Origin: Nitrospirales bacterium
GTDB taxonomy: Bacteria; Nitrospirota; Nitrospiria; Nitrospirales; UBA8639
DNA length: 64,000 nucleotides
Assembly: GCA_963422365.1 (NCBI GenBank)
Contig: OY729426.1
Coordinates: 1,696,001 to 1,760,000 of the forward strand
Direction of reading: 5' to 3'
Of the stretch, positions 33,508 through 44,405 are shown piece by piece. A program made the translations under genes and the position numbers. Numbering within the stretch: position 1 is the stretch's first letter; each line of letters opens with the position of its first letter. Below the pieces are notes generated by a model. That model had not been told where the DNA came from, ran no database searches, and saw nothing but the letters and a program-made list of their open reading frames with translations.

Positions 33508-35343
33508 ATGGAATCCATCCGACCCACCGCCGCTCTTCGTATTCTTCAAACCGTCTTCGGACATTCTGCTTTTCGTTTTCGACAGGAGGAAGTGATTGAG
33601 GATCTGCTGGCCGGCAGAGATGCTTTGGTTCTGATGCCGACCGGTGGGGGCAAGTCGTTGTGTTATCAAGTGCCGGCCATGATGCGTGACGGAGTCGGCG
33701 TTGTGGTATCGCCGCTGATTGCGTTGATGAAGGATCAGGTTGACGCGCTGCGCCTGTGCGGGGTGCGGGCAGCCTGTCTGAACTCCACGCTCGATCCCAA
33801 GGAAGTGCGGGCGGTGGAGGCAGCGGTCAACGGCGGGAGACTGGATCTGCTTTACGTCGCCCCGGAACGCCTGCTGCAGGCGCGGACCCTGGAGTGGCTG
33901 GACATGCAAACCATTGCCTTGTTCGCCATCGACGAAGCCCACTGTGTGTCGCGTTGGGGGCACGACTTCCGTGCGGAGTATCTGCAGTTGTCCGTGCTGC
34001 ACGAGCGTTATCCTTCGGTGCCACGTATCGCCCTTACGGCAACCGCTGATTTCGCGACCCGCCGTGAAATCATGACCCAACTGCAACTGGAGGGGGCCCA
34101 TGCCTACATCCACAGTTGTGACCGTCCCAACATTCGTTACGCCATCTCCGACGACGATAACGGACGCGAGCGTCTGTGGCGCTTTCTGCAAAGCGAGCAC
34201 CCCACCGACGCGGGCATCGTCTATTGCCTGACGCGCAAGAAAGTGGAGGAGATCGCCGAGTGGCTGCGCGCTCGTGGGCGCGACGCGCTGCCCTACCACG
34301 CGGGCCTTTCGGACCACACTCGTCGCCGGCATCAGGAACGCTTCCTGCGTGAAGAGGGCGTGGTGATTGTCGCCACCATCGCGTTCGGCATGGGCATCGA
34401 CAAGCCCGACGTGCGCTTTGTCGCCCACCTCAGTCTGCCGAAGAGCATTGAGGCCTATTACCAGGAAACAGGGCGTGCAGGCCGCGACGGCCTGCCGGCC
34501 AGCGCGTGGATGAATTACGGCCTCCGGGACATCATCATCTTTCGTCAGTGGCTGGACGAGTCCGAAGCCGATGAGGCGCACAAGCGGGTGGAGCGACAGA
34601 AACTGGAAGCCATGTTAGGTCTGTGCGAACTCGCGACTTGTCGTCGCCGCGCCATCCGCGCCTACTTCGGCGAAGTTCCTGGAAAGGACTGTGGCAACTG
34701 CGACAATTGCATGGACCCGCCGCAAACCTGGGAGGGTGCCGAGGTCGCACGGAAGGCTATGGCCTGCGTCTCCCGTACCGGCGAACGCTTCGGCGTGAAT
34801 TATCTGGTTGACGTTCTCATCGGCAAGACGAATGTACGCATCCGCGACCGCCGCCACGACCGACTGCAGGTGTTCGGCAGCGGCGCGGAGTACAACGCCG
34901 CCGAGTGGCGCTCCATCTTTCGCCAACTCATCGCCCAGGGGTGCCTCCGGGTGGACGCTGATCGCTTTGACGCTCTGCGCCTGACGGAGCAGTCGTCCCC
35001 GGTGCTGAACGGCGAGCGGGGGTTGACCCTGCGCAGATTGCGGCGCGCCGTGCCGGTGAAAAAAGAAAAGGTTGCCGTCCCCCATGCGCTGATTGCGCCG
35101 ACTGATGAGGCCCTTTGGCAGGCTTTGCGAGAGACGCGTACGACTCTGGCTCGGGAGCAGGGAGTGCCGCCCTACGTCGTGTTTCACGACGCCACGTTGC
35201 GTGAGTTGGTACGGCTCAAGCCCATGAAGCGGGAAGAAATGGTACAAATCCAAGGTATTGGCAAGCATAAATTGAGGAAATATGGTGAAGTTTTTTTACG
35301 GGTCGTGCGGGAACATTTGCCAGCGGAACCTGACGGTGAATGA
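33508..35343 (+). CDS. recQ: ATP-dependent DNA helicase RecQ
   Basis: MPTGGGKSLCYQ, DEAHCVSRWGHDFR, YYQETGRAGRDG, CRR..CGNCDNC, HRDC VPPYVVFHDATL. Confidence 0.96.
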   Translation: MESIRPTAALRILQTVFGHSAFRFRQEEVIEDLLAGRDALVLMPTGGGKSLCYQVPAMMRDGVGVVVSPLIALMKDQVDALRLCGVRAACLNSTLDPKEVRAVEAAVNGGRLDLLYVAPERLLQARTLEWLDMQTIALFAIDEAHCVSRWGHDFRAEYLQLSVLHERYPSVPRIALTATADFATRREIMTQLQLEGAHAYIHSCDRPNIRYAISDDDNGRERLWRFLQSEHPTDAGIVYCLTRKKVEEIAEWLRARGRDALPYHAGLSDHTRRRHQERFLREEGVVIVATIAFGMGIDKPDVRFVAHLSLPKSIEAYYQETGRAGRDGLPASAWMNYGLRDIIIFRQWLDESEADEAHKRVERQKLEAMLGLCELATCRRRAIRAYFGEVPGKDCGNCDNCMDPPQTWEGAEVARKAMACVSRTGERFGVNYLVDVLIGKTNVRIRDRRHDRLQVFGSGAEYNAAEWRSIFRQLIAQGCLRVDADRFDALRLTEQSSPVLNGERGLTLRRLRRAVPVKKEKVAVPHALIAPTDEALWQALRETRTTLAREQGVPPYVVFHDATLRELVRLKPMKREEMVQIQGIGKHKLRKYGEVFLRVVREHLPAEPDGE

Positions 35344-36222
35344 GGTGACCCCTGTCTGCCGTGCCCTGGTTATGATGTGGCAATTCATGGTTCTTTGTCG
35401 GACTACTGGCTGGTGGGGGCTGTATGCCGGTGCTGATGCGTGGGGACAGGCCAAGCAGTCCAATGCGGCGACTGGTTTACCCCTGATGTCAGGTCGATCC
35501 TTGGCGACTCTTGTCGAGTACTATCTCACGGTTGAGGATCGTGCTCAGGCTGAATCGTTCTTACAGGCAATTCTTGGTCATCCTAATGCACGTCTGGATC
35601 GTATGAGCCGGTTGCTTCAAGAAAGCCGACCTACGAGGCTGCTCCGGTGGGCATGCTTCCGAATCAGCCGATTCGGGTTCGCGGACGAACCTTATCGTAT
35701 GGGTTGTTCGTGCCTCCGTCCTATGATCCTGAGGTGGCCTTGCCGTTGGTGTTCTGTTTGCATGGTGCCGGGTTTACGGGTGATCCTATTTGGAGCGATG
35801 GGCCACGCGGTTGGACGAGTCGCATATTCTTGCCTGTCCGATGTCCACGGCGGGGACGTGTTGGACCCTGCTGAGCGAAGAATTAATGCTCTCGCGACCA
35901 TCAAAAAAGTCCGTACGCAGTATCGAATCGATCCTGACCGAATTTATCTGCCGGGTATGTCGAACGTCGGAATTGGGGCCTGGATGATCAGGATGCATCA
36001 TGCCGATCTGACTGAGCCGGAACATGACGAATGAGTTGGCCAGGCTTGGTATCGCGTTTACGTATCGTGAACATGAATGGTTGCATCCGCATGCCGGTCG
36101 CCATTTTCCCACTCGACAAGAGTTGCCGGCCCTGGTGGAGTGTTTGAAGAAGCAGCGTCGTGATCCGTATCCGCGGATTTTGACTGTGGTTCATGATGCG
36201 AGCCATTTGACTGAGTTCGACA
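35340..36222 (+). pseudogene. Esterase/depolymerase-like alpha/beta hydrolase pseudogene, frameshifted and 3'-truncated
   Basis: Fragments YGLFVPPSYDP..LPLVFCLHGAG, IDPDRIYLPGMSNVGIG and HAGRHFP lie in different frames. Confidence 0.65.
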
Positions 36223-36262
36223 CGTTTCCCGCATCCCCCCCCAGTGGAGCAGAGCCCCCTCC

Positions 36263-39200
36263 CTACAAGCCCACCGTCCAGGAGAACACGATGCCGTGCT
36301 CAGTGGCGCTGTCAAGGGTGGTTTGCTGTATCCCCTCGAGGCTGAGGGCCATGGCCTCGTGGACCTGGAGGTGGCCGCCCAGCCGATACCGGCTGGTGGC
36401 CGGCCCGGTGGCCACTCCCCCGTAGGGCGTGACCCGCCACCCGGGCTGGCGCAGGGCCAGCCCATAGCCAACGTCCGCCGTCAGCCGGCCCACGGCCCCG
36501 CCCGCGGGCGCCCCGTTGCCGGCCGGCCCGGCCTCACGGCCCCACAACTGCTCCACGCCACTGGCCGGGGTGCCCCACGTCGGCTCGAACGCCACCCACA
36601 GCCCCTGCCCCCCCAGCCCCTCTCCTACTTTCACGGCGAGACTGCCGCCCCAAGCCTCAAAGTCCGTTGCCTGATGCGCCAGCAGATACCGGCCGCGAGC
36701 CGCGAGACTCACCCCCCACCACCTCTGCTGATACTCGACCCCGCCGCTGAGCTCTGCTCCCATCCCCGTCTCGGCGTCGCCGTTGTCCCAGCGCCCCCCC
36801 AGCTCCACACTGGGCTGCAGGGCCGACTCTGGTGACAGGGCGACATCCGTCTTCATCGCCAGCGCCACCCGCGCCCGGTGCGCCACCCCGGTCACCGCCG
36901 CCAGCCCCGCGGCTTCGTCCGCTTTCACCCGCACGGCAAACGCATCGGATTTTACCGCCACCTCGATCCCGTGCCACGTGGTCAGCGCCTGCCGCCCGCC
37001 TACCGCGGCCAGCAGCAACTGAACGTCCGTCTCCACGCGCCCGGCGGCGTCTTGCACCTCCAGCTCCCCTACGCCCGCGCCCGCGAGGCCCCACAGCCCA
37101 AGCCCCGGAGACGGCGTGTAGTGGACATAGGGCAGCACGCTGGTCATGGCTAGGTCTACCTCGCCCCGGATGCCCCCTCGCTCGCCGCTGACCAGGAGAA
37201 AGTCCCCCGCGACCTCGTAGTCCAGGCCCCCCACGCTGTGCGACACCGCGACGCCCGCTAGCCCCTTCTGCCCGAACCGGTAGTCCAGTCCTACGTAGCC
37301 CGTGTAGACCGCCCCGTCGGTCTCCAGGAGCTGACTGGAAAAGCCGCTGGCTGCCCCCGTGCCCCAGAAGGTCCAGCCCGTTGTCAATTCACCCTCGTTC
37401 GTCCCGGTCAACGGCACGGCAAACTCGCTGCGCGCAAACACGTCCGTGGCCGCAAGCCGCGGGGACCGGCTCGGGGCCACCCGGCCCTCGGCCGCTCGGC
37501 CTCGGCCGGCCGAGTCCCGGCTCGCTCCCGTCAGGCCCAGCACCCCGCCCAACACCCCCGCTACGGACCGGACGTCCAGGGCGGGGACTGCCGTGCCCCC
37601 CACCGTGACCGCCGGCTTCCCAACCGGCGGCGCCCCAAACCGGCGCCCGATCACGGCCACCGCCTCGGTGGCGGCTGTCCGCCCGAACGCCGCGAGGGCC
37701 ACCGTGAGCGCCCGGGAACGGTGCGTCACCTCAGCAGCCTGCACCGTCACCCTGAAGTGCAACTGCCCCGTCTGGCCATCGGCGTCCGTGGCCGTGTCGG
37801 TGAACCGCGTCTTCGCCACCGCCTCCGTGGGCGTGCCGGTGATGGTGCGCGCCTTTGCCTCAAAACTGAGCCCCGCCGGGAGAGCCGGACTCAGCCGGTA
37901 GGTGATCGGCCCGTCTCCCCCCGTGGCTGCCGGCAGCCGCACGTCAACGGCCTCGCCAACCGTCCAGTTGTACTCCTCAATCGAGGCCGACCCGAAAAAC
38001 GGCAGCGGCGACCCTACCTGAACGGCATCAGAGGTGAGGGTCTCCACGGTGCTGCCACTGTCGGTCCAAGTCACGGTGACGGTGATCTTGGCCCCGACGT
38101 CGGCTTGCGTCAGGGTGTACGTCGCCTGGGTGGCGCCGCTGATGGGATTCCCGCCGCGCGTCCATTGGTAGGTGAACGTCAGACGGTCAGGCCCGTCCGG
38201 GTCGACGATCGTGCTGGTCACCGCGGTCAGTGTCTCTCCCTGGGTCACCGTGCCGGTGAGGGTGACGGCCCCGGTCGGCGGGTCGTTGACGTTCGCCACG
38301 TTCGACGTTGCAGCAGAGGTGAGAGACTCTGATGCCCCATGAGCATCGGTCCAGCTCACGGTGACGGTGATGGCCTTCCCGACGTCGGCCTGCGTCAGAA
38401 TGTAGGTTCCACTGGTGGCGCTGCTGATGGCAGACCCGCCGTGCTTCCATTGGTAGCTGAACGTCGGACTGCTCGGGCCGTCCGGATCGGAGATCGTGCT
38501 GGTGTCTGCGGTCAGTGTCTCTCCCTGGGTCGCCGTGCCGGTGATGGTGACGGCCCCGGTCGGCGAGTCGTTGACATTCGCCACGTTCGCCGTTGCAGTC
38601 GAGGTGAGAGACTCTGATGTCCCACGAGCATCGGTCCAAGTCACGGTGACGGTGATCTTGGCCCCGACGTCGGCCTGCGTCAGGGTGTAGGTGCGGCCGG
38701 TGGCGCTGCTGATGGCAGACCCGCCCCGCTTCCACTGGTAGGTGAACGTCAAACTGCTCGGGCCGTCCGGATCGGAGATCGTGCTGGTGTCTGCGGTCAG
38801 TGTCTCTCCCTGGGTCGCCGTGCCGGTGATGGTGACGGCCCCGGTCGGCGAGTCGTTGGTGTTCGCCACGTTCGCTGTTGCAGCAGAGATGAGGGTCTCC
38901 ACGGTGCTGCCGGCATCGGTCCAGCTCACGGTGACGGTGATGGCCTTCCCGACGTCGGCCTGCGTCAGGGTGTAGGTACGGCCGGTGGCGCTGCTGATGG
39001 GATTCCCGCCGCGCGTCCACTGGTAGGTGAACGTCAGACTGCTGGGGCCGTCCGGGTCGGAGATCGTGCTGGTGTCTGCGGTCAGTGTCTGTCCCTGGGT
39101 CACCGTCCCGGTGATAGTGACGGCCCCGGTCGGTGCGTCGTTGAGGTTCGCTACGTTAGATGTCGCATCAGAGATGAGGGTCTCCACGGTGCTGCCGGCA

Positions 39201-40395
39201 TCGGTCCAGCTCACGGTGACAGTGATGGCCGCCCCGACGTCGGCTTGCGTCAGGGTGTACGTCTCCTGGGTGGCGCTGCTGATGGCAGACCCATCGCGCT
39301 TCCACTGGTAGGTGAACGTTAGACTGCTCGGGCCGTCCGGGTCGGAGATACCGGAGGTGTCCGCGGTCAGCGTCTGCCCCTGGGTGGCGGTGCCCGTGAT
39401 GGTGACCGCACCGGTCAGAGTGACGACCACGAAATCGGAATCCACCCCCGTAACACTGCCTGCCACCGCACGGATACGGAACCTATACCTCACGCCGTTG
39501 GTCAGACTCCTCACCGTGTGTGTGATCGTGTTCTTCCCACTCCCCGATATATCAACCCAGTTGCCAGGGTTAGTCTCGGTATTGCCAGTCCACTGCTTAT
39601 ACTGATAGCCTGTGACGGCAACATCATTAGGATTACTCCAACTCAACGTCACCTGACTGTTACCTGCTACCGCCGTGAGTCCAGTGGGACTGCCAGGCGC
39701 CGGTGTCGCAAAGATGGGAAGGGACCCATTCCCTATAACAGGACCTATCAACGCACGAATACGGAACCTATACCTCACGCCGTTGGTCAGACCCCTCACC
39801 ACGTGGCTGGTGGTGTCCGCATTACTGCCAGGAATCTCAGCCACCCTAGCTTTCTCGCTCTCTTCACTCCACAGCTCGAAATGGTAGTTCGTGATAGCAG
39901 GGTTACCAGGATTATCCCAACTCAATCTCACCTGACCGTCGCCCGCCTCCGCCTTGAATCCGGTGATACTGACTGCAATTGTCAGTTTGATGACCTCGGA
40001 CGGCGTCCCCGTAACACTGCCTGCCACCGCACGGATGTGAAATCTATACTCAACGCCTTCGGTCAGACCACTCACCGTATGTATGATTATGTCCTTCCCA
40101 TCCACCTTGCGTGTGATCGTGCCCTTCCCACTCACCGATACGTCAGCCCAGCCATCGGCCGGCTCGCTACTCCCAGTCCACTGCTTGATCTGATACCCGG
40201 TGATGGTGCTATCATCTGTAATCTCCCAGCGGAACCTCGCCTTACCGCTGCCCTTGGATTCAATAATCGCACTGATTTTAGGTGCGCCCGGGGGGGGGCT
40301 ACCTGCGCTTGAACAACGGTGACCATCGACAGGAGCAGCGTACCAACCAGGGCAAGGCTCACCCGCCCCACCGTCACAGAGGGAGCAGCATTCAC
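36263..40395 (-). CDS. Large surface adhesin / autotransporter-like protein (3 FN3 domains, five 95-aa Ig-like repeats, putative Ig domain, C-terminal beta-barrel), frameshifted after the signal peptide
   Basis: FN3 motifs (VTLSW, GLTNGVRYRFRIRA); repeats GAVTITGTATQG.TLTADTSTISDPDG; LPAGLSF....RTITGTPT; beta-strand-rich C-terminus. The signal peptide lies in ORF 40132-40407, a different frame. Confidence 0.8.
38020..39415 (-). repeat. Five tandem 285-bp coding repeats
   Basis: Unit starts (TGAVT) at 39415, 39130, 38845, 38560 and 38275, exactly 285 bp apart, with high nucleotide similarity. Confidence 0.9.
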
Positions 40396-41382
40396 CCCCC
40401 CCCTCAATGGCGGGTTGGCGCGTCCTTATAGCAAGTAGCTCAAGTATGATGGGATCCCTCCTCCTGTGACAGGATACAGGTCGAACCATCATATCCCATC
40501 ACGGTCAACGGGCGTCAACCGTCCCTCTTCGTTCTCCCTGAACGCAACACCTTCATTCCACTCACAAGCCGCTATGTGCAAACGGATGGGGCGGCCCCCC
40601 TCACCAACCCCCCCCCCCCACGGGCTTGCCGCGCCCGTCCTCTGCTGCCTCGTCGTCGCCAACAGTCCTCAGATGAAAGCCCGCAGATCTCCAAAAGGGC
40701 GTCGCTCCTAAGAAACGACGAAGACAGGCCCCACAAACGACCCACCCCCGTCTGTCGCCTCCTGGCTGACGGTAGCTTGCCACAAGGCGAGCCCATGCCA
40801 TATTCGCCACTCCTCACTCGCCTGGGCTTCAGGCTGGCGGCAAGACACGCCGGCAGCCATTCGGCGAGGTGGTTCCCACCGTTAAAAACAGAATTTGGCG
40901 GAATGTAGCAAAGCCGGACTGGGGACACACTCTACCTGAATCCGGAGACGCTGTTCCTGGTTGCTGCCACCCGGCACGCGGTGCTTGGAACCGGAGCCCG
41001 GCGCCGGCGCACCGCCTTGACGGTCAAGACATGCTGTGGCTGATACCCGAATACAAGGAGACACCGGAGAATTCACGCAGAGCGTTGTTGGCAAGGCGCC
41101 GCGATCAAGACGCCAGGCACAAGAGCGTTGCTTGAGGCGCTGGCCCCATGGACGGAGACCCCCACGGCCCGGAGGGGCAGCACCCTAGACGAGTCTGTTG
41201 ACAAGGGGTATAGTCTAGACTGAGTCCCCTCAGAAACTGAGTCAGTGAATCTTTGGCTTTCTCATTCAGTCGGGTAGCCTGTCCAAGCTGATGAACGAGA
41301 GGGGAGCGGCGACCACGGGTCTATTTTCATGTAGAACTGGCCGCAACGTTGCGCGGCTTGTCGGCGACGACCGGAGGAGTCG

Positions 41383-42756
41383 ATGAAACGCATCTTTGGC
41401 CTTGAATGTGAATACGGGCTAATCTTTTCTCCTCATGGCCGAGTGAGGCTGCCCGTTGAAAAGATTTTGGGGTATATTTTCGAAGGGTTGATTCCCAACC
41501 GTTGGCCGTCGAACGCTTTTCTGACGAATGGCGCCCGGGTTTACCAAGACACCGGCTGTCACCCGGAATATTCCACACCGGAATGTGATGATATTGTCGA
41601 GCTGGTGGTTCATGAGAAAGCGGGCGAGCGCCTGCTCGAATCCTGTGTCCCCACGGCCGAAGCGCGTCTTCGAGAAGAAGGCCTTGCCGGCGACATCTAC
41701 ATTTTCAAGAATAATACCGACTCCTGGGGGAACACCTATGGGTGCCATGAAAATTTTCTGATGCGGCGCGACGTGGAGTTTGGGAAGGTGGCCGAGCACC
41801 TCATGCCCTTTTTTGTGACGCGCCAAATTTTTGCCGGATCAGGCAAAGTGCTGAAGGTCTCCGGCAAGCCTCACTATTTTCTCTCTCAGCGAGCCCAGCA
41901 TATTCACGAACCCACCTCGGCCTCCACCACGTCGTCCCGAAGCATTATCAACACGCGGGATGAGCCGCATGCGGACGCCGAACGGTATCGACGGCTTCAC
42001 ATCATTCTGGGGGATTCGAATCTGTCGGAGTTTGCCATGTATTTGAAGGCCGGCACGGCGGATCTGGTGCTGTCCATGATCGAAGCCGGGCACTTGGTCA
42101 AGGGCATTGAATTAGAAGATCCCGTCAAGGCCCTCCGGGACATTTCCCGTGACCCCACGTTGAGACAAAAGGTGAAGCTGGAGGATGGCCGGGAATGCTC
42201 CGCGTTGGATATTCAGCGGCTGTATTGGGAGCAAGCCTCCGAGTTTCTCCTCACGCAACCCTACGATCAGGTGACAGCGGACGTCTTGAAAGAATGGGAA
42301 CGGGTCTTAACGGCCTTGGAGGCTGATCCCATGCAACTGGTGCGAGAGATTGATTGGGTCACCAAACAATGGCTGATCCAAGCGTATCTCGACCGAAAAG
42401 GGGGCGGGTGGGATGACCCGCGTGTGGCGATGATGGATCTGCAATATCACGACGTGAACCGGAAGCGGGGCCTCTATTATCGGTTAGAGGCGCAGGAGAA
42501 GACGGTGAAGCTGGTGGATGAGCGAGCCGTTACCCGCGCCATGGCCGTGCCGCCCCAGTCGACCCGGGCCAAGGTGCGAGGAGATTTTATTCGCTTTGCC
42601 CGTGCCCACAATCGATCCTACACGGCCGATTGGACCTCTTTGAAATTAAATGGATATTGGGAAGAAACGATTTTGTGTCTGGATCCGTTTTGTGCGGTCA
42701 ATCGGCGGGTGGATGACTTGCTGGCTCAAGTGCCGGCGGCGAGCCTGGAGCCATGA
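41383..42756 (+). CDS. pafA: Pup/UBact--protein ligase (PafA-type)
   Basis: RIFGLECEYG, NGARVYQDTGCHPEYSTPEC, IFKNNTDSWGNTYGCHENF, IINTRDEPHAD..YRRLH, DLQYHD, PPQSTRA..RG; lacks the Dop-type YVDHAHPEY. Confidence 0.85.
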   Translation: MKRIFGLECEYGLIFSPHGRVRLPVEKILGYIFEGLIPNRWPSNAFLTNGARVYQDTGCHPEYSTPECDDIVELVVHEKAGERLLESCVPTAEARLREEGLAGDIYIFKNNTDSWGNTYGCHENFLMRRDVEFGKVAEHLMPFFVTRQIFAGSGKVLKVSGKPHYFLSQRAQHIHEPTSASTTSSRSIINTRDEPHADAERYRRLHIILGDSNLSEFAMYLKAGTADLVLSMIEAGHLVKGIELEDPVKALRDISRDPTLRQKVKLEDGRECSALDIQRLYWEQASEFLLTQPYDQVTADVLKEWERVLTALEADPMQLVREIDWVTKQWLIQAYLDRKGGGWDDPRVAMMDLQYHDVNRKRGLYYRLEAQEKTVKLVDERAVTRAMAVPPQSTRAKVRGDFIRFARAHNRSYTADWTSLKLNGYWEETILCLDPFCAVNRRVDDLLAQVPAASLEP

Positions 42757-43679
42757 AAGGGGCTTCTCGTTGGGGCTCAGACCCCCCGATCGTCACTCGC
42801 CGGTGGCTCATGGGGTTGGTGCTGGGGCTGGCGAGCCTGTTCCCGGTCCCTCTCTCTGTCACGGACGGGGCTCAGCCGGCCGGGGAGGCCGATGGCCCAT
42901 TAAGGGGCACACAAGGGGCCGTGGTGGTGGTGCGGGTTCCAATCCAGGACCGGCCGGACCGAGTCACGGGGACATTTCTCAAACGAACGGTGACGTTTTT
43001 TCCTGTCAAGGAACAGGTCTATGCCGGCCTGTTGGGGCTGGATATGCAAGATCCTCCCGGTCCGCATGAACTCACGCTTGAGGTCGTCTATCCTCAGCGG
43101 ACCGACCATCGTCGGCTGTCGGTGCTGGTGAGGAGGAAAGCGTACCCTGAGCAACGGGTGACGTTGCCCCAACACATGGTGGATCTCGATCGGGACACGC
43201 TGGCTCGCGTCAAGGCCGAAGCCCAAGTCCTGCACCACGCCTTTGAGCATGTGGTGCCGTATCCGTTGTGGAAGGGAGAATTTCTTGAGCCGGTGCAGGG
43301 ACACGTCTCCGGACGCTTCGGCAGTCGCCGGGTCATCAACGGACACCCCCGACAGCCTCATAGCGGTGAGGACATTGCGGCTCCCGAAGGTACGCCCGTG
43401 GCGGCAATGAATGAGGGGATTGTGCGGCTGACCTTGAATCACTTTTTTACAGGACACGGGGTCATCGTGGACCATGGGCTTGGCCTGTTCTCCATGTATT
43501 TTCACTTATCCGGCGTGGTGGTAGAGCAAGACCAAGCCGTGACGAAAGGGCAGGTGATCGGGTATGTCGGTGCAACGGGACGGGCGACCGGGCCACATCT
43601 TCATTGGGGCGTGCGACTGAATGGAGCCCGGGTTGATCCCTACGCGTTGCTGGCGCTGCCCTTTGACACCCTCTTCTAA
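42753..43679 (+). CDS. M23 family metallopeptidase
   Basis: HSGED, DHGLGLFSMYFHL, GATGRATGPHLHWG. Confidence 0.9.
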   Translation: MKGASRWGSDPPIVTRRWLMGLVLGLASLFPVPLSVTDGAQPAGEADGPLRGTQGAVVVVRVPIQDRPDRVTGTFLKRTVTFFPVKEQVYAGLLGLDMQDPPGPHELTLEVVYPQRTDHRRLSVLVRRKAYPEQRVTLPQHMVDLDRDTLARVKAEAQVLHHAFEHVVPYPLWKGEFLEPVQGHVSGRFGSRRVINGHPRQPHSGEDIAAPEGTPVAAMNEGIVRLTLNHFFTGHGVIVDHGLGLFSMYFHLSGVVVEQDQAVTKGQVIGYVGATGRATGPHLHWGVRLNGARVDPYALLALPFDTLF

Positions 43680-43689
43680 CCGCAGCGCG

Positions 43690-44345
43690 TGATCCCCCCG
43701 CTGGTTCTGCCCAACGGCTGTGTCTGGTGCGGCTCCGGGATTGGGCTGAACAATCGGTACGTTGAGGTGGCCAAGCTCTGGGGCTGACACCGGGCGGGTC
43801 GTGGCCGGGGATTCGTGTCCGGCGGCGGCAAGAGGGGGGGGGATGGCCGTGGTCGCCGAAGCCTGTCTTGCGGAATCCGGGCGAGTGATCGGCGTGCTTC
43901 CTAAGTGTATGGCAGAGCAACATTTCGCCCGGCACAACGTCTCCGCTCTTCACGTGGTTGGGTCGATGCATGCGCGTAACGCCCTCATGGCGAAGGTGGC
44001 CGAGGCCTTTATGGGGCTGCCTGGCGGATACGGTACGCCGGCAGCGTGTTGTGAAATGATCACCTGGCCACAGCGTCGGATTCAGCCGAACCCCTGTGGG
44101 CTCTTCAACGTCAAGGGCGTGTTTGAGTCGTTCCTCACCCTTGTTCGATCAGCCGCTCCTTTCCCACTTCTGCCTTCTGCCTTGTTCCTTCTGCCTTTCG
44201 TGTTTGAGTCGTTCCTCACCCTTGTTCGATCAGCCGCTGCGGGAAGGGTGTATCGCCCCGGAGCCTCGTGCGTTGGGCAGCGCAGCCTCTGCTCCGGAGA
44301 CACGGCTCGATCTGTTCGAGCCAGCCGTCACGCCGAATCCCGCTT
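43690..44345 (+). pseudogene. LOG-family (TIGR00730-like) pseudogene
   Basis: CVWCGSG, GGMAVVAEACL..GRVIGVLP, SMHARNALMA...LPGGYGT; degraded and carrying an internal duplication; ends approximate. Confidence 0.7.
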
Positions 44346-44405
44346 GAGCCGGGCGGCTTTCTTAAGGAGAAAACAGCCCCGATTGGTTTTAGATGGACAC
44401 TGGGC

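Noticed and set aside
33442..34581. 379-aa minus-strand ORF
   Set aside because: Antisense shadow of recQ
41185..41221. TTGACA/TATAGT promoter upstream of pafA
   Set aside because: The spacing between the hexamers (5 or 12 nt) is incompatible with sigma70
44118..44238. Two 40-bp repeats with a 41-bp spacer as a mini CRISPR array
   Set aside because: Only two copies, the repeat is LOG coding sequence, the spacer is low-complexity, and there are no cas genes
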